From an uncultured Planctomycetota bacterium (GTDB taxonomy: Bacteria; Planctomycetota; Planctomycetia; Pirellulales; Lacipirellulaceae): a stretch of DNA of 64,000 nucleotides. Under the pieces are notes generated by a model that made no database searches, had not been told where the DNA came from, and was given only the letters and a program-made list of their open reading frames with translations. Shown one piece after another: positions 1 to 10,467 of this stretch (position 1 is the stretch's first letter; each line of letters starts with the position of its first letter). Position numbers and translations under genes: made by a program. The stretch covers positions 1,824,001-1,888,000 of the forward strand of contig CAVRBU010000002.1 of NCBI GenBank assembly GCA_963719315.1, read 5' to 3'.

Positions 1-273
1 CATCGCCACGCAGGCGTGGAAAACGAACGGCCGCTCGTCGGCCGATACGACGGTGCCCCAAACGGCCCGCCGCCGGGTCGAGCGGCGGTCTGACTCGTAA
101 TCGTAGATGTCGTTCAGCCCGCAGCCGATGAGGTTCATCGGAAACGTGAGCAACAGCATTTGCACCACGGCCACGGCGCTCAGCTCCGCATGCGATGCGT
201 GCATTCCTAACGCATACACGAGCGGCAGCACGGGCCATACGATCGGCCGGCTGACTTGAATTAGAAACAGCAT
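1..273 (-). CDS. UbiA-family prenyltransferase, N-terminal part (runs off window start)
   Basis: Manual translation (not in ORF track): MLFLIQVSRPIVWPVLPLVY...FPMNLIGCGLNDIYDYESDRRSTRR. Has the SRP motif, the Asp-rich NDxxDxxxD motif and hydrophobic helices. Confidence 0.8.
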   Translation of the reverse strand, partial: MLFLIQVSRPIVWPVLPLVYALGMHASHAELSAVAVVQMLLLTFPMNLIGCGLNDIYDYESDRRSTRRRAVWGTVVSADERPFVFHACVAM

Positions 274-315
274 CCAACTAGTGGAGGAATTGATCGCGGC
301 CACGGTAGCCAATTT

Positions 316-347
316 AAGTGGGGCAGACACGAATGTCTGCCCCACTT
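316..347. repeat. REP-like hairpin
   Basis: AAGTGGGGCAGACA-cgaa-TGTCTGCCCCACTT, a perfect 14-bp intergenic stem. Confidence 0.65.
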
Positions 348-432
348 TGCAGGCGCGGGCGACAACACAAAACTACCTCGGGCAACTGCGTTGCCAGATT
401 GTTTACGAATTCGCTGCGATCGCGCGAAGGCC

Positions 433-735
433 TCAGGACTTCGACTTGTCCATCGCCTGCTTGACCAGGCCGCCAATGAGGGTCAGCAGCGCGCCGCCAA
501 TTACTCCGGCTCCGGCATTGCCGGCGATCTGGCCTCCGGCGCCCGCGTGTTCGCCCAACAGCCCTTGCAAGACGGGGATGAGTGCGGCTAACTGGCCGCC
601 GCCAACACCGCCGACCACGCCGAGGACCGTCCTCAGAATGGCACTCAAGTTTGCGTTCTTGAGAAGCGCTCCCACGACATTTCCACCCGCTGCCCCGCTA
701 ATCAACTGGACCAACAAGGGAATAAGCTGTGCCAT
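433..735 (-). CDS. Small glycine-zipper membrane protein
   Basis: MAQLIPLLVQLISGAAGGNVVG... with repeated GxxxG helices. AAAGGAG RBS precedes the ATG at 735. Confidence 0.8.
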   Translation of the reverse strand: MAQLIPLLVQLISGAAGGNVVGALLKNANLSAILRTVLGVVGGVGGGQLAALIPVLQGLLGEHAGAGGQIAGNAGAGVIGGALLTLIGGLVKQAMDKSKS

Positions 736-824
736 ACCGAGGCTCCTTTGAAAGAAGAGAAGGAAACAACAGACAATCAGCGGCGCGCTTTCGTCCAAGA
801 AGGCTCGCCATTGAATTGCACTTA

Positions 825-1744
825 GGACCTATCCCAAAATTCCACATCGCCTTAAGGCGATGAGGGCGAATTGTAGATGAACGAACCCAAGATAGTTAGC
901 CGCCTTCTTTTCCCAACGGATCAGGAGCCTGCGGGCGCGGTTGGTCCAAGAATGCGCGGCTTCGACAACCCAGCGTCGAGCTTTGTGGCCGGCGCGACAG
1001 CGACGCTGCTCCTCGCCACGGCAGCGGATGTGAGGCACGTACCCGAAACGATTCGCCGTAGCTGTCGACGGTTCGCCAAAGTATCCCTTGTCGAGACACA
1101 GGTGCTGCTTGCGCCGACGGCTGGGTCGTCGAATCGGGATGGAGCGAAGCGTGTCGCGCAGAAGACGTTGGTCGTGAGCATTGGCGCCGTCAATCGCGAC
1201 GCCCAGAGGAACGCCGCGGGCGTCGGTCAAGACCGATCGCTTGACTCCGAGCTTACCTCGATCGGTGGGGTTTTTCCCGGTTTTTTTCCCCTCCCAGCGG
1301 CGACTTAGTTGTCGCGCCGTCCACCGACTGCCAGCGCCAAGCGATGCCGCGCTTCTGATCGTACTTCCCCAGCGCCCGTTTCCAAAACCGTTGCCAAATA
1401 CCCAGGCGAGTCCACTCTTGGAAATAGCGATGAACGGTACTGGGGCTGCCAAATTGTGGCGGCAGCGCCTTCCACTGGCAGCCGGTGCGCAACAGATAAA
1501 GAATGCCGCTGGCAACGGTGCGCAGATTCGCGCGGGGTCGCCCAACCTTCGTGGATCGCGGATACTTCGGCAGCAAGGGTTCAAGCTGCCGCCAAAGCTT
1601 TTCGGGCATCCAAGCAAATTTGCCCTGCCAATCGCAGTGCATGTACACCTCCGTGCAAGCAAAGACGAGATTCGAACGGAAACCATTCCTCACCTTTTCC
1701 TACGCACGGAAATAACACCCGTTCACGTATTTTGGGATAGGTCC
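825..1744 (-). mobile_element. IS5-family insertion sequence (about 920 bp)
   Basis: Perfect 16-bp terminal inverted repeats GGACCTATCCCAAAAT (825-840) and ATTTTGGGATAGGTCC (1729-1744). TA on both flanks (reconstructed empty site CTTAAG). Encloses the transposase ORFs. Confidence 0.92.
829..1693 (-). CDS. IS5-family DDE transposase in two overlapping ORFs (1253-1693 and 829-~1290)
   Basis: OrfA has GRPR...ILYLLRTGCQWKALP...STVHRYFQEW...VDG. OrfB has NPTDRGKLGVKRS...LDKGY...RWVVEAAHSW..R.RRL.IRWEK. The junction falls at GGGG-A7-CCGGG. Confidence 0.9.
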
Positions 1745-1762
1745 TAAGGCTTTGTCTGGAAA

Positions 1763-1847
1763 GTAGGTACCGCTTGCCGAGCGGGACCTTGGCGTCGTCG
1801 CAAAGATTGATAATTCGCAAAGGTCCCTTCTGGCAGAACGGACCTAC
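1763..1847. repeat. GTAG-footed REP doublet (family A)
   Basis: GTAGGTACCGCTTGCCGAGCGGGACCT...AGGTCCCTTCTGGCAGAACGGACCTAC. A closely similar inverted copy lies at 41652-41734. Confidence 0.75.
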
Positions 1848-1909
1848 AAGAACTCTTGAGACAAAGCCTAGTATAGGCATTGCGCGGAAGCATTGCCTAG
1901 CCGAGTCGG

Positions 1910-3920
1910 CTATTCCTCATCCCCTCTGATTCTGGCCAGGACGCTGTAATCTTCCAGCGTCGAGGTATCGCCGATGGATTCCTTGCCGGCGGCGATGTCC
2001 CGGAGCAGCCGGCGCATGATCTTGCCGCTGCGCGTTTTCGGCAGGGCGGCGGTGAAACGGATGTCGTCGGGTTGGGCCAAGGCGCCGATTTCGTGGCGGA
2101 CGTGCTTTTTGAGCTCTTCCCGAAGAGCGTCGTTTGGTTCGCCGCTGCGGAGCGTGACAAAAACGGCCACCGCCTCGCCTTTGAGCTCATCGGGCCGGCC
2201 CACGGCGGCCGCCTCCGCCACATTCGGGTGCGAGACGAGCGCGCTCTCGATTTCAATCGTGCTCAGGCGATGGCCAGAGACGTTGAGCACATCATCAATG
2301 CGGCCCATGATCCAGTAGTAACCGTCGTCGTCGCAGCGGGCATTGTCGCCGGCCAGATATTTGCCGGGAACTTTGCTCCAATAAACTTCCTTGAAGCGAT
2401 CGTCGTCGCCCCAGATGCCGCGGAGCATGCCCGGCCACGGCTGCGTCATCACGAGCCAGCCACCCTGATTCTTTCCGACCGGTTTACCGCCGTGCCCGAC
2501 GATTTCCGGGATGATGCCCGGCAGCGGCTTGGTGCAACTGCCCGGCTTCGTGGCAATCGCGCCGGGCAGGGGGCTCATCATGATCCCGCCCGTCTCGGTC
2601 TGCCACCAAGTATCGACGATCGGGCATCGCTCGCCGCCAACCACGCGGTGGTACCACATCCACGCCTCCGGATTGATCCCTTCGCCGACTGTGCCCAGCA
2701 GTCGCAGGCTGGAGAGGTCGTGGTTCGTTACATGTTGGTCGCCCCATTTGATGAACGCTCGAATCGCCGTGGGCGCGGTGTAAAAAATCGTGACCTTGTA
2801 CTTTTCGACGAGTTGCCAGAAGCGGCTTTCATCCGGATGGTTCGGCGCGCCCTCGTACATCAGAATCGTCGCGCCTGCCGACAGTGGGCCGTAAACGACA
2901 TAGGTGTGGCCGGTGACCCAGCCAATGTCGGCGGTGCACCAGAAGATGTCTTCATCGCGATGGTCAAACACCCACTGGAAGGTTTTCTTGGCGAACAGGT
3001 TGTAGCCGGCGGTGGTGTGTTTGATGCCCTTGGGCTTTCCGGTCGAACCGCTCGTGTAGAGGATGAAGAGCGGCGATTCGCTTTCCAGCGCCGCCGCAGG
3101 GCACTCGGCCGACGCCTTCTGCATCAGCTCATGCCACCAGAAGTCGCGGCCGGATTGCATTTTCACTTCCGGGCCGGCGGTTGTCTGTGTGTCACTCGTC
3201 TTGGTGCCACTGGCTCCGCCGGTGCCCCCGCCGCGCCTCAGCACGATGCACTTCTCGACCGTCGGACTCTTGGCGAGCGCATCGTCCACGGTTTGCTTGA
3301 GCGGCAGCGCTTTGCCGCGCCGCCAACCGAAGTCGGCCGTAATCTGCAACTTCGCAGCGGCGTCGCGATTGCGATCGGCAATCGCCTCGGCTGAAAAGCC
3401 GGCGAAGATCACCGAGTGGATCGCGCCGATCCGCGCAGGCCAGCATCGCGATTGCGAGTTCCGGCACCATCGGCATGTAGATCGACACCCGGTCGCCCGC
3501 TTGGATGTCCAATTGCTTGAGTACGTTCGCAAACTTGCACACCTCGCGGTGCAGCTCCGCGTACGTGAGAGTGCGGGTATCTCCCGGCTCGCCTTCCCAC
3601 AGGATCGCAGTACGCCCCCCAAATCCGGCCGCAATGTTGCGATCGAGGCAATTGTAGGAAACGTTCGTCTTGCCGCCGGCGAACCATTGCGCGAACGGTT
3701 CCTTCCAAATGAGCGCTTCTTTAAACGGCTCGAACCAATGCAACTCGTCTCGCGCCAAATCGGCCCAGAACTTCGGCGGATCGGCCGCGGCCCGGTCCCA
3801 CAACTCCTGGTACTCTTCGAGCGACTTGATGCGAGCCCGCTTGGCAAATTCCTTGGGCGGCGCAAACAGCCTCTTCTCTTTCATCACCGTGTCGATCTGG
3901 TCGTTTGAATTCGCCGTCAT
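1910..3920 (-). CDS. acs: Acetyl-CoA synthetase (frameshift near 3433, probably an assembly error)
   Basis: Motifs [21 protein letters not shown] and [11 protein letters not shown]. The N-terminus is in ORF 3192-3947 and the rest in ORF 1910-3865. Restoring one GC gives the canonical [14 protein letters not shown]. Confidence 0.93.
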
Positions 3921-4037
3921 GAAAAGTCCCTTTACCTGATCCGACATGTTGCGCCGTAACAGTCAGCGATTCTACTGCGCGCGGCAGACGTGTCAAATCG
4001 GCACGAGCGGGTGGACGCAGCGAAGAAGTGCCGCAGA

Positions 4038-4853
4038 CTACTTGCGCCGCGAGGCCAAGTGAACTAGTGTCCGAAGTTTGCCGGCGGCTTCGCGAATGGT
4101 GATCTTCGAACTGCCGGCCCGCCGCTCGTGAAACGTGATCGGCACTTCGACGATTGTCGCGCCGGCATTCCGCAGATGCCACAAGAATTCTTCGAGGTAC
4201 GAGTAGCCAGTGGCTTGGACCTGTGCCAAATTAATCATGCGAAGTGCTCTCGCGCGATAGGCACGAAAGGCGCCGCTCGAATCGTGTACCGGCAATCGTA
4301 ACATCAGCCGGCTCAGGCCGTTCATCAAACGGCTTAACGCCCGCCGATGTAGCGGCCATCCTTCGATCGCGCCACCCGCGCAGTATCGCGAACCGATGGC
4401 GACATCTGCCTGAACCGTCGCGCGCACCAATTCGGGCAAATGCCGAGGGTCGTGACTCCAGTCGGCATCCATCGTGACGAACAGGTCGTAAGAGCGATCG
4501 AGCGCCCAACGCGCCCCAGCCAGCGTGGCGGACCCAAGGCCTTGTTTGCCGGGACGATGCAGGCAGTGCAAGCGAGGCTCGCGGGAAGCTCGTTCGTCGC
4601 ACCAACGGCCGGTGCCATCAGGCGAGTCGTCGTCGATCACCAGCACGTCGGCATCAGACAGCACGCGAAGGATTTCGTCAACGAGGGTCGGCAGGTTCTC
4701 GATCTCGTTATAGGTGGCCAGCGCGATAAGCGTGCGAGATGGAATCGATTCTGGATTTTGGATTGTGGTTTTCGGATTGGTTCCCTTTGAATCCGCAATC
4801 CGCAATCCGCAATCCGCAATTCTTCCGTCCGACGCTTTGCCCTCGTCACTCAT
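4038..4853 (-). CDS. Polyprenol-phosphate mannose synthase-like GT2 glycosyltransferase
   Basis: Motifs TYNE.ENL, IDDDSPDGTG, GLGSA, MDADWSHDP, IGSRY and ERRAGSSK. ATGA overlap with the upstream gene. Confidence 0.9.
   Translation of the reverse strand: MSDEGKASDGRIADCGLRIADSKGTNPKTTIQNPESIPSRTLIALATYNEIENLPTLVDEILRVLSDADVLVIDDDSPDGTGRWCDERASREPRLHCLHRPGKQGLGSATLAGARWALDRSYDLFVTMDADWSHDPRHLPELVRATVQADVAIGSRYCAGGAIEGWPLHRRALSRLMNGLSRLMLRLPVHDSSGAFRAYRARALRMINLAQVQATGYSYLEEFLWHLRNAGATIVEVPITFHERRAGSSKITIREAAGKLRTLVHLASRRK
4747..4820. repeat. Inverted heptamer array inside the 5' end of the GT2 CDS
   Basis: About four GATTnTG units facing (AATCCGC)x4; translates as IADCGLRIADS...IQNPES. Confidence 0.8.
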
Positions 4854-5794
4854 TTGCCGTTTGCGAGGCCTCGGTAGTACTCAACCGTCCGCCGCAGACC
4901 TTCATCGAAGCCTACGATCGGCTCGTAGTTCAGCAGTTTCTTCGCCAGTGAAATATCGGCCAGGCTCTCGCGGACATCGCCGGCCCGGGCCGGTTCGAAA
5001 ACGGGCTCGATGTGTGTGCCCAAGACCTTGTTGATGCCGGCCACGAGTTGCAGCAGGTCGTACGACCCACCGCAGGCGACATTGATCGTGCGGCCGACCG
5101 CGGCTGGTGCTTCGGCCGCCAAAAGGTTTCCACGCACGACATTGTCGATGTACGTGAAATCGCGGGATTGCTTACCGTCGCCGTAAATCGTGGGGCGGCG
5201 GCCGGCGAGCATTTCCGTGATGAATTTCGGAATCACCGCGGCGTATTGGCTCTGGGGATCCTGGCGGGGACCGAACACGTTAAAATAGCGAATCGTGACT
5301 GTTTCCAACCCGTAGGTCGCAGTGAACGCCTGGCAATAATACTCGCCGGCGAGCTTCGCGGCCGCATACGGCGACAAGGGAGCCGGCAACAAATCCTCGC
5401 GTTTGGCCCGTGTAGGTTGGTCACCGTAAGCGCTGCTCGAACCACCGAACACAATTCGCCGCACACCGCTGCGGCGGGCCACGTCCAACAGCGTGACCGT
5501 GCCCGTGACGCACGCCGCGTTCGTATCCAGTGGCGTCGCAACACTTCGCGGAACCGAAGCCAAAGCCGCTTCGTGAAACACGACTTCAACGCCTTCGAGC
5601 GCCCGCTCCACGTCGCGCGGATTGACGAGGTCGCCTTCAATGAATTCGACGTCGCCCTTTTGAATCGCCACATTTTGGCGATGACCGGTGCATAAATTAT
5701 CGAGCACCCGCACGCGATTGCCGCGCTCCAGCAACGCCGTCACAATGTGCGACCCGATAAAGCCCGCGCCGCCGGTTACTAGATATGTTCCCAT
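4850..5794 (-). CDS. NAD-dependent nucleotide-sugar epimerase/dehydratase (extended SDR)
   Basis: Motifs VTGGAGFIGS, YAAAK (YxxxK), RYFNVFGPRQ and GDGKQSRDF. Confidence 0.92.
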   Translation of the reverse strand: MGTYLVTGGAGFIGSHIVTALLERGNRVRVLDNLCTGHRQNVAIQKGDVEFIEGDLVNPRDVERALEGVEVVFHEAALASVPRSVATPLDTNAACVTGTVTLLDVARRSGVRRIVFGGSSSAYGDQPTRAKREDLLPAPLSPYAAAKLAGEYYCQAFTATYGLETVTIRYFNVFGPRQDPQSQYAAVIPKFITEMLAGRRPTIYGDGKQSRDFTYIDNVVRGNLLAAEAPAAVGRTINVACGGSYDLLQLVAGINKVLGTHIEPVFEPARAGDVRESLADISLAKKLLNYEPIVGFDEGLRRTVEYYRGLANGK

Positions 5795-5820
5795 TAAGGA
5801 AAACATACACCGCGGGCCGG

Positions 5821-7431
5821 TCAACCGCTACGCAAACGCGAGAATAAGTTGCGATATTCTTCGCGTCGCACCGGTGATTTAGGCACGGCCGTATCGTCTT
5901 CGACAATTAGGACAGGCTCCTCGATTTCATCGGAAACCTTCGACACTACGGCATCGCTCCAGTGCGGCGTATCGTTGCGCGACCAAGTTGCCTCCGTGTC
6001 CAGCTCTTCTGGGTCTACGGCAGATACAAACGGCTTAGAATCGGAAACCACGGCCAACCGCAACGGCGGCCACTGCGGCGGTTCGTCCGCCCCGGCCATC
6101 GTCGCGATTTCCAAATCGTCATCTTCGGATTCGAGCATCCGGAACGTGGCGCCGGTCGGAGCGCAGGCGACTGATTCACTGACGTCGGTCGTCGAAATAG
6201 CCGCTTGTACGAGCGCAGCAAATTCAGGATCGCGGCGATTCTGCACGCGCGGCACTTCGCGGCGGAACATGTCGTCCCAACTCGCGAAATTATCCAGCAC
6301 GACTTCTTCCTCGTCGAATTCCTCCCCGAACGGGTCGGCCGTCGTGAATTGCACCGCGGTGGTGGCAGCCGAGACGGTCATTTGCTCGTCACTGTTCGTG
6401 ATTTCGTCTTCGTCGCAATCGAGCTCCGTCGGCTCGACAATCAGTGACTCTTCATCCTCCGACTGATCGACGACAAACATGTCGCTGGAAGGCGAGACCG
6501 TGGCGACTGGTTCATCTTCGAGACTTCCGAACTCGACCACCTGCAGCGGCGCGGGAGGCGCGGTCGTCGGAGCCGGCGTTTCCCACGGCGCGGGCAACTG
6601 CTGGATATCGGCCCACGCGGTTTGAATACTCTGCCGGTCAATGCGCGTTCCACGATGCTCGGTAGCTTGGACCAGCGCTCGATCGCAGAGTTGATTCACC
6701 AGTCTCGGAACGCCATCCGTCGCCTCGAAAATCGCCTCCCAGGCATCGTTGCCGAACAGGTTCTCGGGCGCCGCGCCACAAGCGGCCACTTGTGCGCGAA
6801 CGAACTGAGCCGTTTCCTCGCGCCCGAACGGCCCCAAATAACAACGGGCCGACAACCGCTGGCTGAACGATTCCAGGTCCGGGTGTGCGAAACTTTCTTC
6901 GAGCGCCGAAGAGCCGGCCAACACGAGCCGCACTCGCGGCAGCCCGCCGCGGACCAGATTTGTAAGCACGCGCAGTTCGTCGAGCAAAGCAACGGAAAGC
7001 GTCTGCGCTTCATCCACCAACAGCAGCAAGCCGGTCGGACACTCTTCCCGCGAGAGCAGGTGATCGAGCAGACTCAATCGCAAATCGCCTTCGTCGCGCA
7101 CGCGATAAGGCAAGCCGAGCTCGAACAAAATGGCTTGCAGCAGCGCCCGCCGCGTGCAGAGCCGGGCGCAAGCGGGCAGCACGACGTCGAACCGCTCGTG
7201 ATATTGCGAGGCGAGCACTTGCAGCAGCAGCGACTTGCCCGTCCCAGGCCCGCCGATGATCAGTCCCGGTCCGTCGCCGCGCTCGATCGCGCGACCCAGC
7301 CGCTGGCGGGCGTCTTCAATCGACGCCGCCGGAAAGTAGCGGTTGACCTGTGGGTACGTGGGAAACACCCGCTCATCGCGTTCGGCTAATTGCCGCAGCG
7401 AGAGTTCGGTATTCGTCGTTGTGGTAGGCAT
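5821..7431 (-). CDS. ExeA/GspA-like AAA ATPase with long acidic C-terminal region
   Basis: Walker A GGPGTGKS, Walker B LLLVDEAQ, and G.PRLVNQLCD.AL. Confidence 0.85.
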   Translation of the reverse strand: MPTTTTNTELSLRQLAERDERVFPTYPQVNRYFPAASIEDARQRLGRAIERGDGPGLIIGGPGTGKSLLLQVLASQYHERFDVVLPACARLCTRRALLQAILFELGLPYRVRDEGDLRLSLLDHLLSREECPTGLLLLVDEAQTLSVALLDELRVLTNLVRGGLPRVRLVLAGSSALEESFAHPDLESFSQRLSARCYLGPFGREETAQFVRAQVAACGAAPENLFGNDAWEAIFEATDGVPRLVNQLCDRALVQATEHRGTRIDRQSIQTAWADIQQLPAPWETPAPTTAPPAPLQVVEFGSLEDEPVATVSPSSDMFVVDQSEDEESLIVEPTELDCDEDEITNSDEQMTVSAATTAVQFTTADPFGEEFDEEEVVLDNFASWDDMFRREVPRVQNRRDPEFAALVQAAISTTDVSESVACAPTGATFRMLESEDDDLEIATMAGADEPPQWPPLRLAVVSDSKPFVSAVDPEELDTEATWSRNDTPHWSDAVVSKVSDEIEEPVLIVEDDTAVPKSPVRREEYRNLFSRLRSG

Positions 7432-7458
7432 CGGTCGTCGAGTCCGGTGATCTAAGGC

Positions 7459-7512
7459 GTAGCTGACCCTACAAAACTTCAGATGCCGCCGAATTCTTGC
7501 GAATCCCGCTAC
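7459..7512. repeat. GTAG-footed palindromic element (family B)
   Basis: GTAGCTGA...ACTTCAG...TTGCGAATCCCGCTAC; resembles 13587-13650. Confidence 0.55.
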
Positions 7513-7673
7513 GCAACTTGGAGCCATCGTCTTGAATCGGCAGCGGCGCGAAATGACCTTCAGGCTGAAAGTTACGATTGCGATTTGTACGTCATTTAAT
7601 ATTTCGTGCGCCGCATCTCATCTCGGTGCTGGCATGCTAGCCCGGAATGCGGGGGACTGCGTATCATGAGATC

Positions 7674-8336
7674 ATGCTCCGCATCAAAATCTGTGGAATC
7701 ACGAACACGAAAGATGCGCTGGCGGCGAGTCGCGCCGGCGCGGATGCGATCGGTCTCAACTTCTTTTGCGAAAGTAAACGGTTCGTGCAGCCGGAAGTTG
7801 CGCGGGAAATCGCTGCCCAGTTACCCGCCGGCGTTTCGAAAGTGGGTGTTTTCGTTAACCACGACGCGGCTGAGATTGCGGCTATCGTCGATCACGTGGG
7901 ACTCGACAGTGTGCAATTGCACGGCGATGAACGGCCCGAATTACTCGCTCAACTTCCGGATCGAGTACGCATCGTGCGAGCACACCGCTGCGGGCAAGAG
8001 GGCCTCTCGACTCTACCTCGTTTCTTGAGCGAATGTGGTACGGCAGGCCGATCGCCCGACGCGGTACTCGTCGATGCCGACGCGCAAGCGGCTTATGGCG
8101 GCACGGGTCGAATTGCCGACTGGGTGCGGATTGAAGCGGAACGCGAATCACTGGGCGGGCTACCGCTCATTCTCGCCGGCGGTTTGACGCCCGATAACGT
8201 GAACGCGGCGATTGCGGCCGTTCGACCCGACGGCGTCGATGTCGCGAGTGGCGTGGAACGGCGGCCAGGCATTAAGGACCACGAACTCCTGAAGCGATTC
8301 CTGGAAGCCGCTCGGCGCGCGTTCGCTGGCTCTTGA
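7674..8336 (+). CDS. trpF: Phosphoribosylanthranilate isomerase
   Basis: Motifs IKICGIT, QLHGDE, GGTG, LAGGLTPDNV and VDVASGVE. Confidence 0.95.
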   Translation: MLRIKICGITNTKDALAASRAGADAIGLNFFCESKRFVQPEVAREIAAQLPAGVSKVGVFVNHDAAEIAAIVDHVGLDSVQLHGDERPELLAQLPDRVRIVRAHRCGQEGLSTLPRFLSECGTAGRSPDAVLVDADAQAAYGGTGRIADWVRIEAERESLGGLPLILAGGLTPDNVNAAIAAVRPDGVDVASGVERRPGIKDHELLKRFLEAARRAFAGS

Positions 8337-8477
8337 GCGGGGCCGGCGTCGCATACCGCAACATCGCGAAATGCGGCACAATTGATGCGATGCAATACAC
8401 TCGGCTTGCTCACACTGGCGTGGGCCATTTACAATCAATATCTTCGAGAAATGATGATCTATTTACAGGAGAATGCA

Positions 8478-9830
8478 GTGTCGCAGGTCGCCACGAAATT
8501 GCCGTACAAAGTGCTCGATTGTTCGCCCGCCGAATTCAACCGCCTCGCCGAATGGGGCCGCAAAGAGATCGAGCTCGCCGAGAACGAAATGCCGGGCCTG
8601 ATGGCGCTGCGCGAAAAGCACGGCCGCACCAAGCCGCTCGCCGGCGCCCGCATTGCCGGCTGCTTGCACATGACGATTCAGACCGCGGTGTTGATCGAAA
8701 CGCTCCGCGAACTTGGCGCTGAAGTCACTTGGAGTAGCTGCAACATTTTTTCGACGCAGGATCACGCCGCGTGCGCGATCGCCAAGGTAGGCATCCCCGT
8801 TTACGCCTGGAAGGGCATGTCGAACGAGGAGTTCGATTGGTGCATCGAGCAGACGCTCTTCTTCCCCTCCGGCGAGCCGCTCAATCTCATCCTCGATGAC
8901 GGCGGCGACTTAACCGCGATAGTTCACGACAAGTTTCCGGAATTGATCGAGGGAATTCGCGGTTTGTCGGAAGAGACGACCACAGGCGTGCACAGGCTCT
9001 ACCAGATGCACGAGCGCGGCGATTTGAAGATGCCCGCGATCAATGTGAATGATTCGGTCACTAAGAGCAAATTCGACAACCTGTACGGTTGCCGCGAGTC
9101 GTTGGCCGACGGCCTCAAGCGCGCCACCGATATCATGGTCGCCGGCAAAGTGGTCGTGATCGCCGGCTATGGCGATGTCGGCAAAGGCTGTGCTCAATCG
9201 ATGCGCGGATTCGGCGCCCGCGTCGTCATCACGGAAATCGACCCGATCATCGCGCTGCAAGCAGCAATGGAAGGTTACGAAGTCACCACGATGGAGGACG
9301 CCGTCGAGGAAGGTGATATCTACGTGACGACCACCGGTTGCCGCGACGTGATCACCGGCAAGCACATGTCGCTCATGAAGAACGATGCGATCGTCTGCAA
9401 CATCGGCCACTTCGATCTGGAGATCGATATCTCCTGGCTCGAAGCCGAAGTCAAGGCCGGCCGCGTCAAAAAGCAGAACATCAAGCCGAGCACCGTCGGC
9501 GCCGTGGACAAGTACACGTTCGAGGACGGCCACTCGATCGTCGTGCTGGCAGAAGGCCGGCTCGTGAACCTTGGCTGCGCGACGGGCCATCCCTCGTTCG
9601 TGATGAGCAACTCGTTCACCAACCAGGTGCTCGCGCAACTCGCGCTGTGGAACGAAACGGACAAGTTCGAAATCGGCGTCCACGTGCTCCCCAAGAAGCT
9701 CGACGAGGAAGTCGCCCGGCTGCACCTGGCGAAGCTGGGCGTGAAGCTCACGAAGCTCACCAAGGCCCAAGCCGACTACATCGGCGTGCCGATCGACGGG
9801 CCGTACAAGCCGGAGTATTACCGGTACTAG
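8478..9830 (+). CDS. ahcY: Adenosylhomocysteinase
   Basis: Motifs [36 protein letters not shown] and [17 protein letters not shown] start after CAGGAG. Confidence 0.97.
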   Translation: MSQVATKLPYKVLDCSPAEFNRLAEWGRKEIELAENEMPGLMALREKHGRTKPLAGARIAGCLHMTIQTAVLIETLRELGAEVTWSSCNIFSTQDHAACAIAKVGIPVYAWKGMSNEEFDWCIEQTLFFPSGEPLNLILDDGGDLTAIVHDKFPELIEGIRGLSEETTTGVHRLYQMHERGDLKMPAINVNDSVTKSKFDNLYGCRESLADGLKRATDIMVAGKVVVIAGYGDVGKGCAQSMRGFGARVVITEIDPIIALQAAMEGYEVTTMEDAVEEGDIYVTTTGCRDVITGKHMSLMKNDAIVCNIGHFDLEIDISWLEAEVKAGRVKKQNIKPSTVGAVDKYTFEDGHSIVVLAEGRLVNLGCATGHPSFVMSNSFTNQVLAQLALWNETDKFEIGVHVLPKKLDEEVARLHLAKLGVKLTKLTKAQADYIGVPIDGPYKPEYYRY

Positions 9831-9917
9831 CCGACCACCGAGCGAGGACTCGCATCAGCTTTTTTCGAATCAACATCGCCCACCGATTCGTGGTAACGAC
9901 AACGATTGTTGCCGCCT

Positions 9918-10157
9918 CTATGCGAAAACCTCGTTCTCCATCTCGACGTGCGACACTTTCAAGCCGCCGCGGCGAGCTTCTTCCAACGCGTCATGTACCA
10001 CTTGTTTGAAGTCGCCTTGCCGATGGCAAATCCAAATCGCTGCTTTTCCTCCGCGCATCGTGAAACTAGAATCATCGAACCCAGCTTCGTAGACTCGATC
10101 TGCCAATTCATCAGTAAGTTCGTCGCTATCAAGAATGAGATAGAATTCAGTATTCAT
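9918..10157 (-). CDS. Small acidic protein, putative HicB-like antitoxin
   Basis: 79 aa, MNTEFYLILD...VYEAGFDDS. Overlaps the stop of the upstream small basic gene, the usual TA layout. Confidence 0.6.
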   Translation of the reverse strand: MNTEFYLILDSDELTDELADRVYEAGFDDSSFTMRGGKAAIWICHRQGDFKQVVHDALEEARRGGLKVSHVEMENEVFA

Positions 10158-10371
10158 AGCTAGAGGCTCCTGGGCAAGAATCGACTTTCTTGCGAATATC
10201 CCACGCATGTTGTTCTGGGTTCCGAGGTGTTGACCAAACTGATTTCTGACAGTCGTGGTGACCGTGCCCGCAATGAATTCGACAAAACGCATGGCCCTTT
10301 GACATTATAATACGCCATCCGCGCTCCTCGGCATACTTCAAGGCTTCTCGGATGTGCTTGTTCGGATGCAT
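10147..10371 (-). CDS. Small basic protein, putative HicA-like toxin
   Basis: MHPNKHIREALKYAEERGWR...KGHA...SVWSTPRNP; a GW...GH pattern like the HicA fold. Confidence 0.6.
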   Translation of the reverse strand: MHPNKHIREALKYAEERGWRIIMSKGHAFCRIHCGHGHHDCQKSVWSTPRNPEQHAWDIRKKVDSCPGASSYEY

Positions 10372-10467
10372 GAAGTAGGTGGAGGTAATCTTCGTTTTGT
10401 GGTTTTCCAAGTATACTCCGTCAATAGGAAGAGCGACAGCGAATTCGGCTGTTGGCCTCTTTGACCC

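Noticed and set aside
8337..8477. SAH or SAM riboswitch upstream of ahcY
   Set aside because: No recognisable conserved core by eye; a covariance-model search would be needed to exclude it fully.
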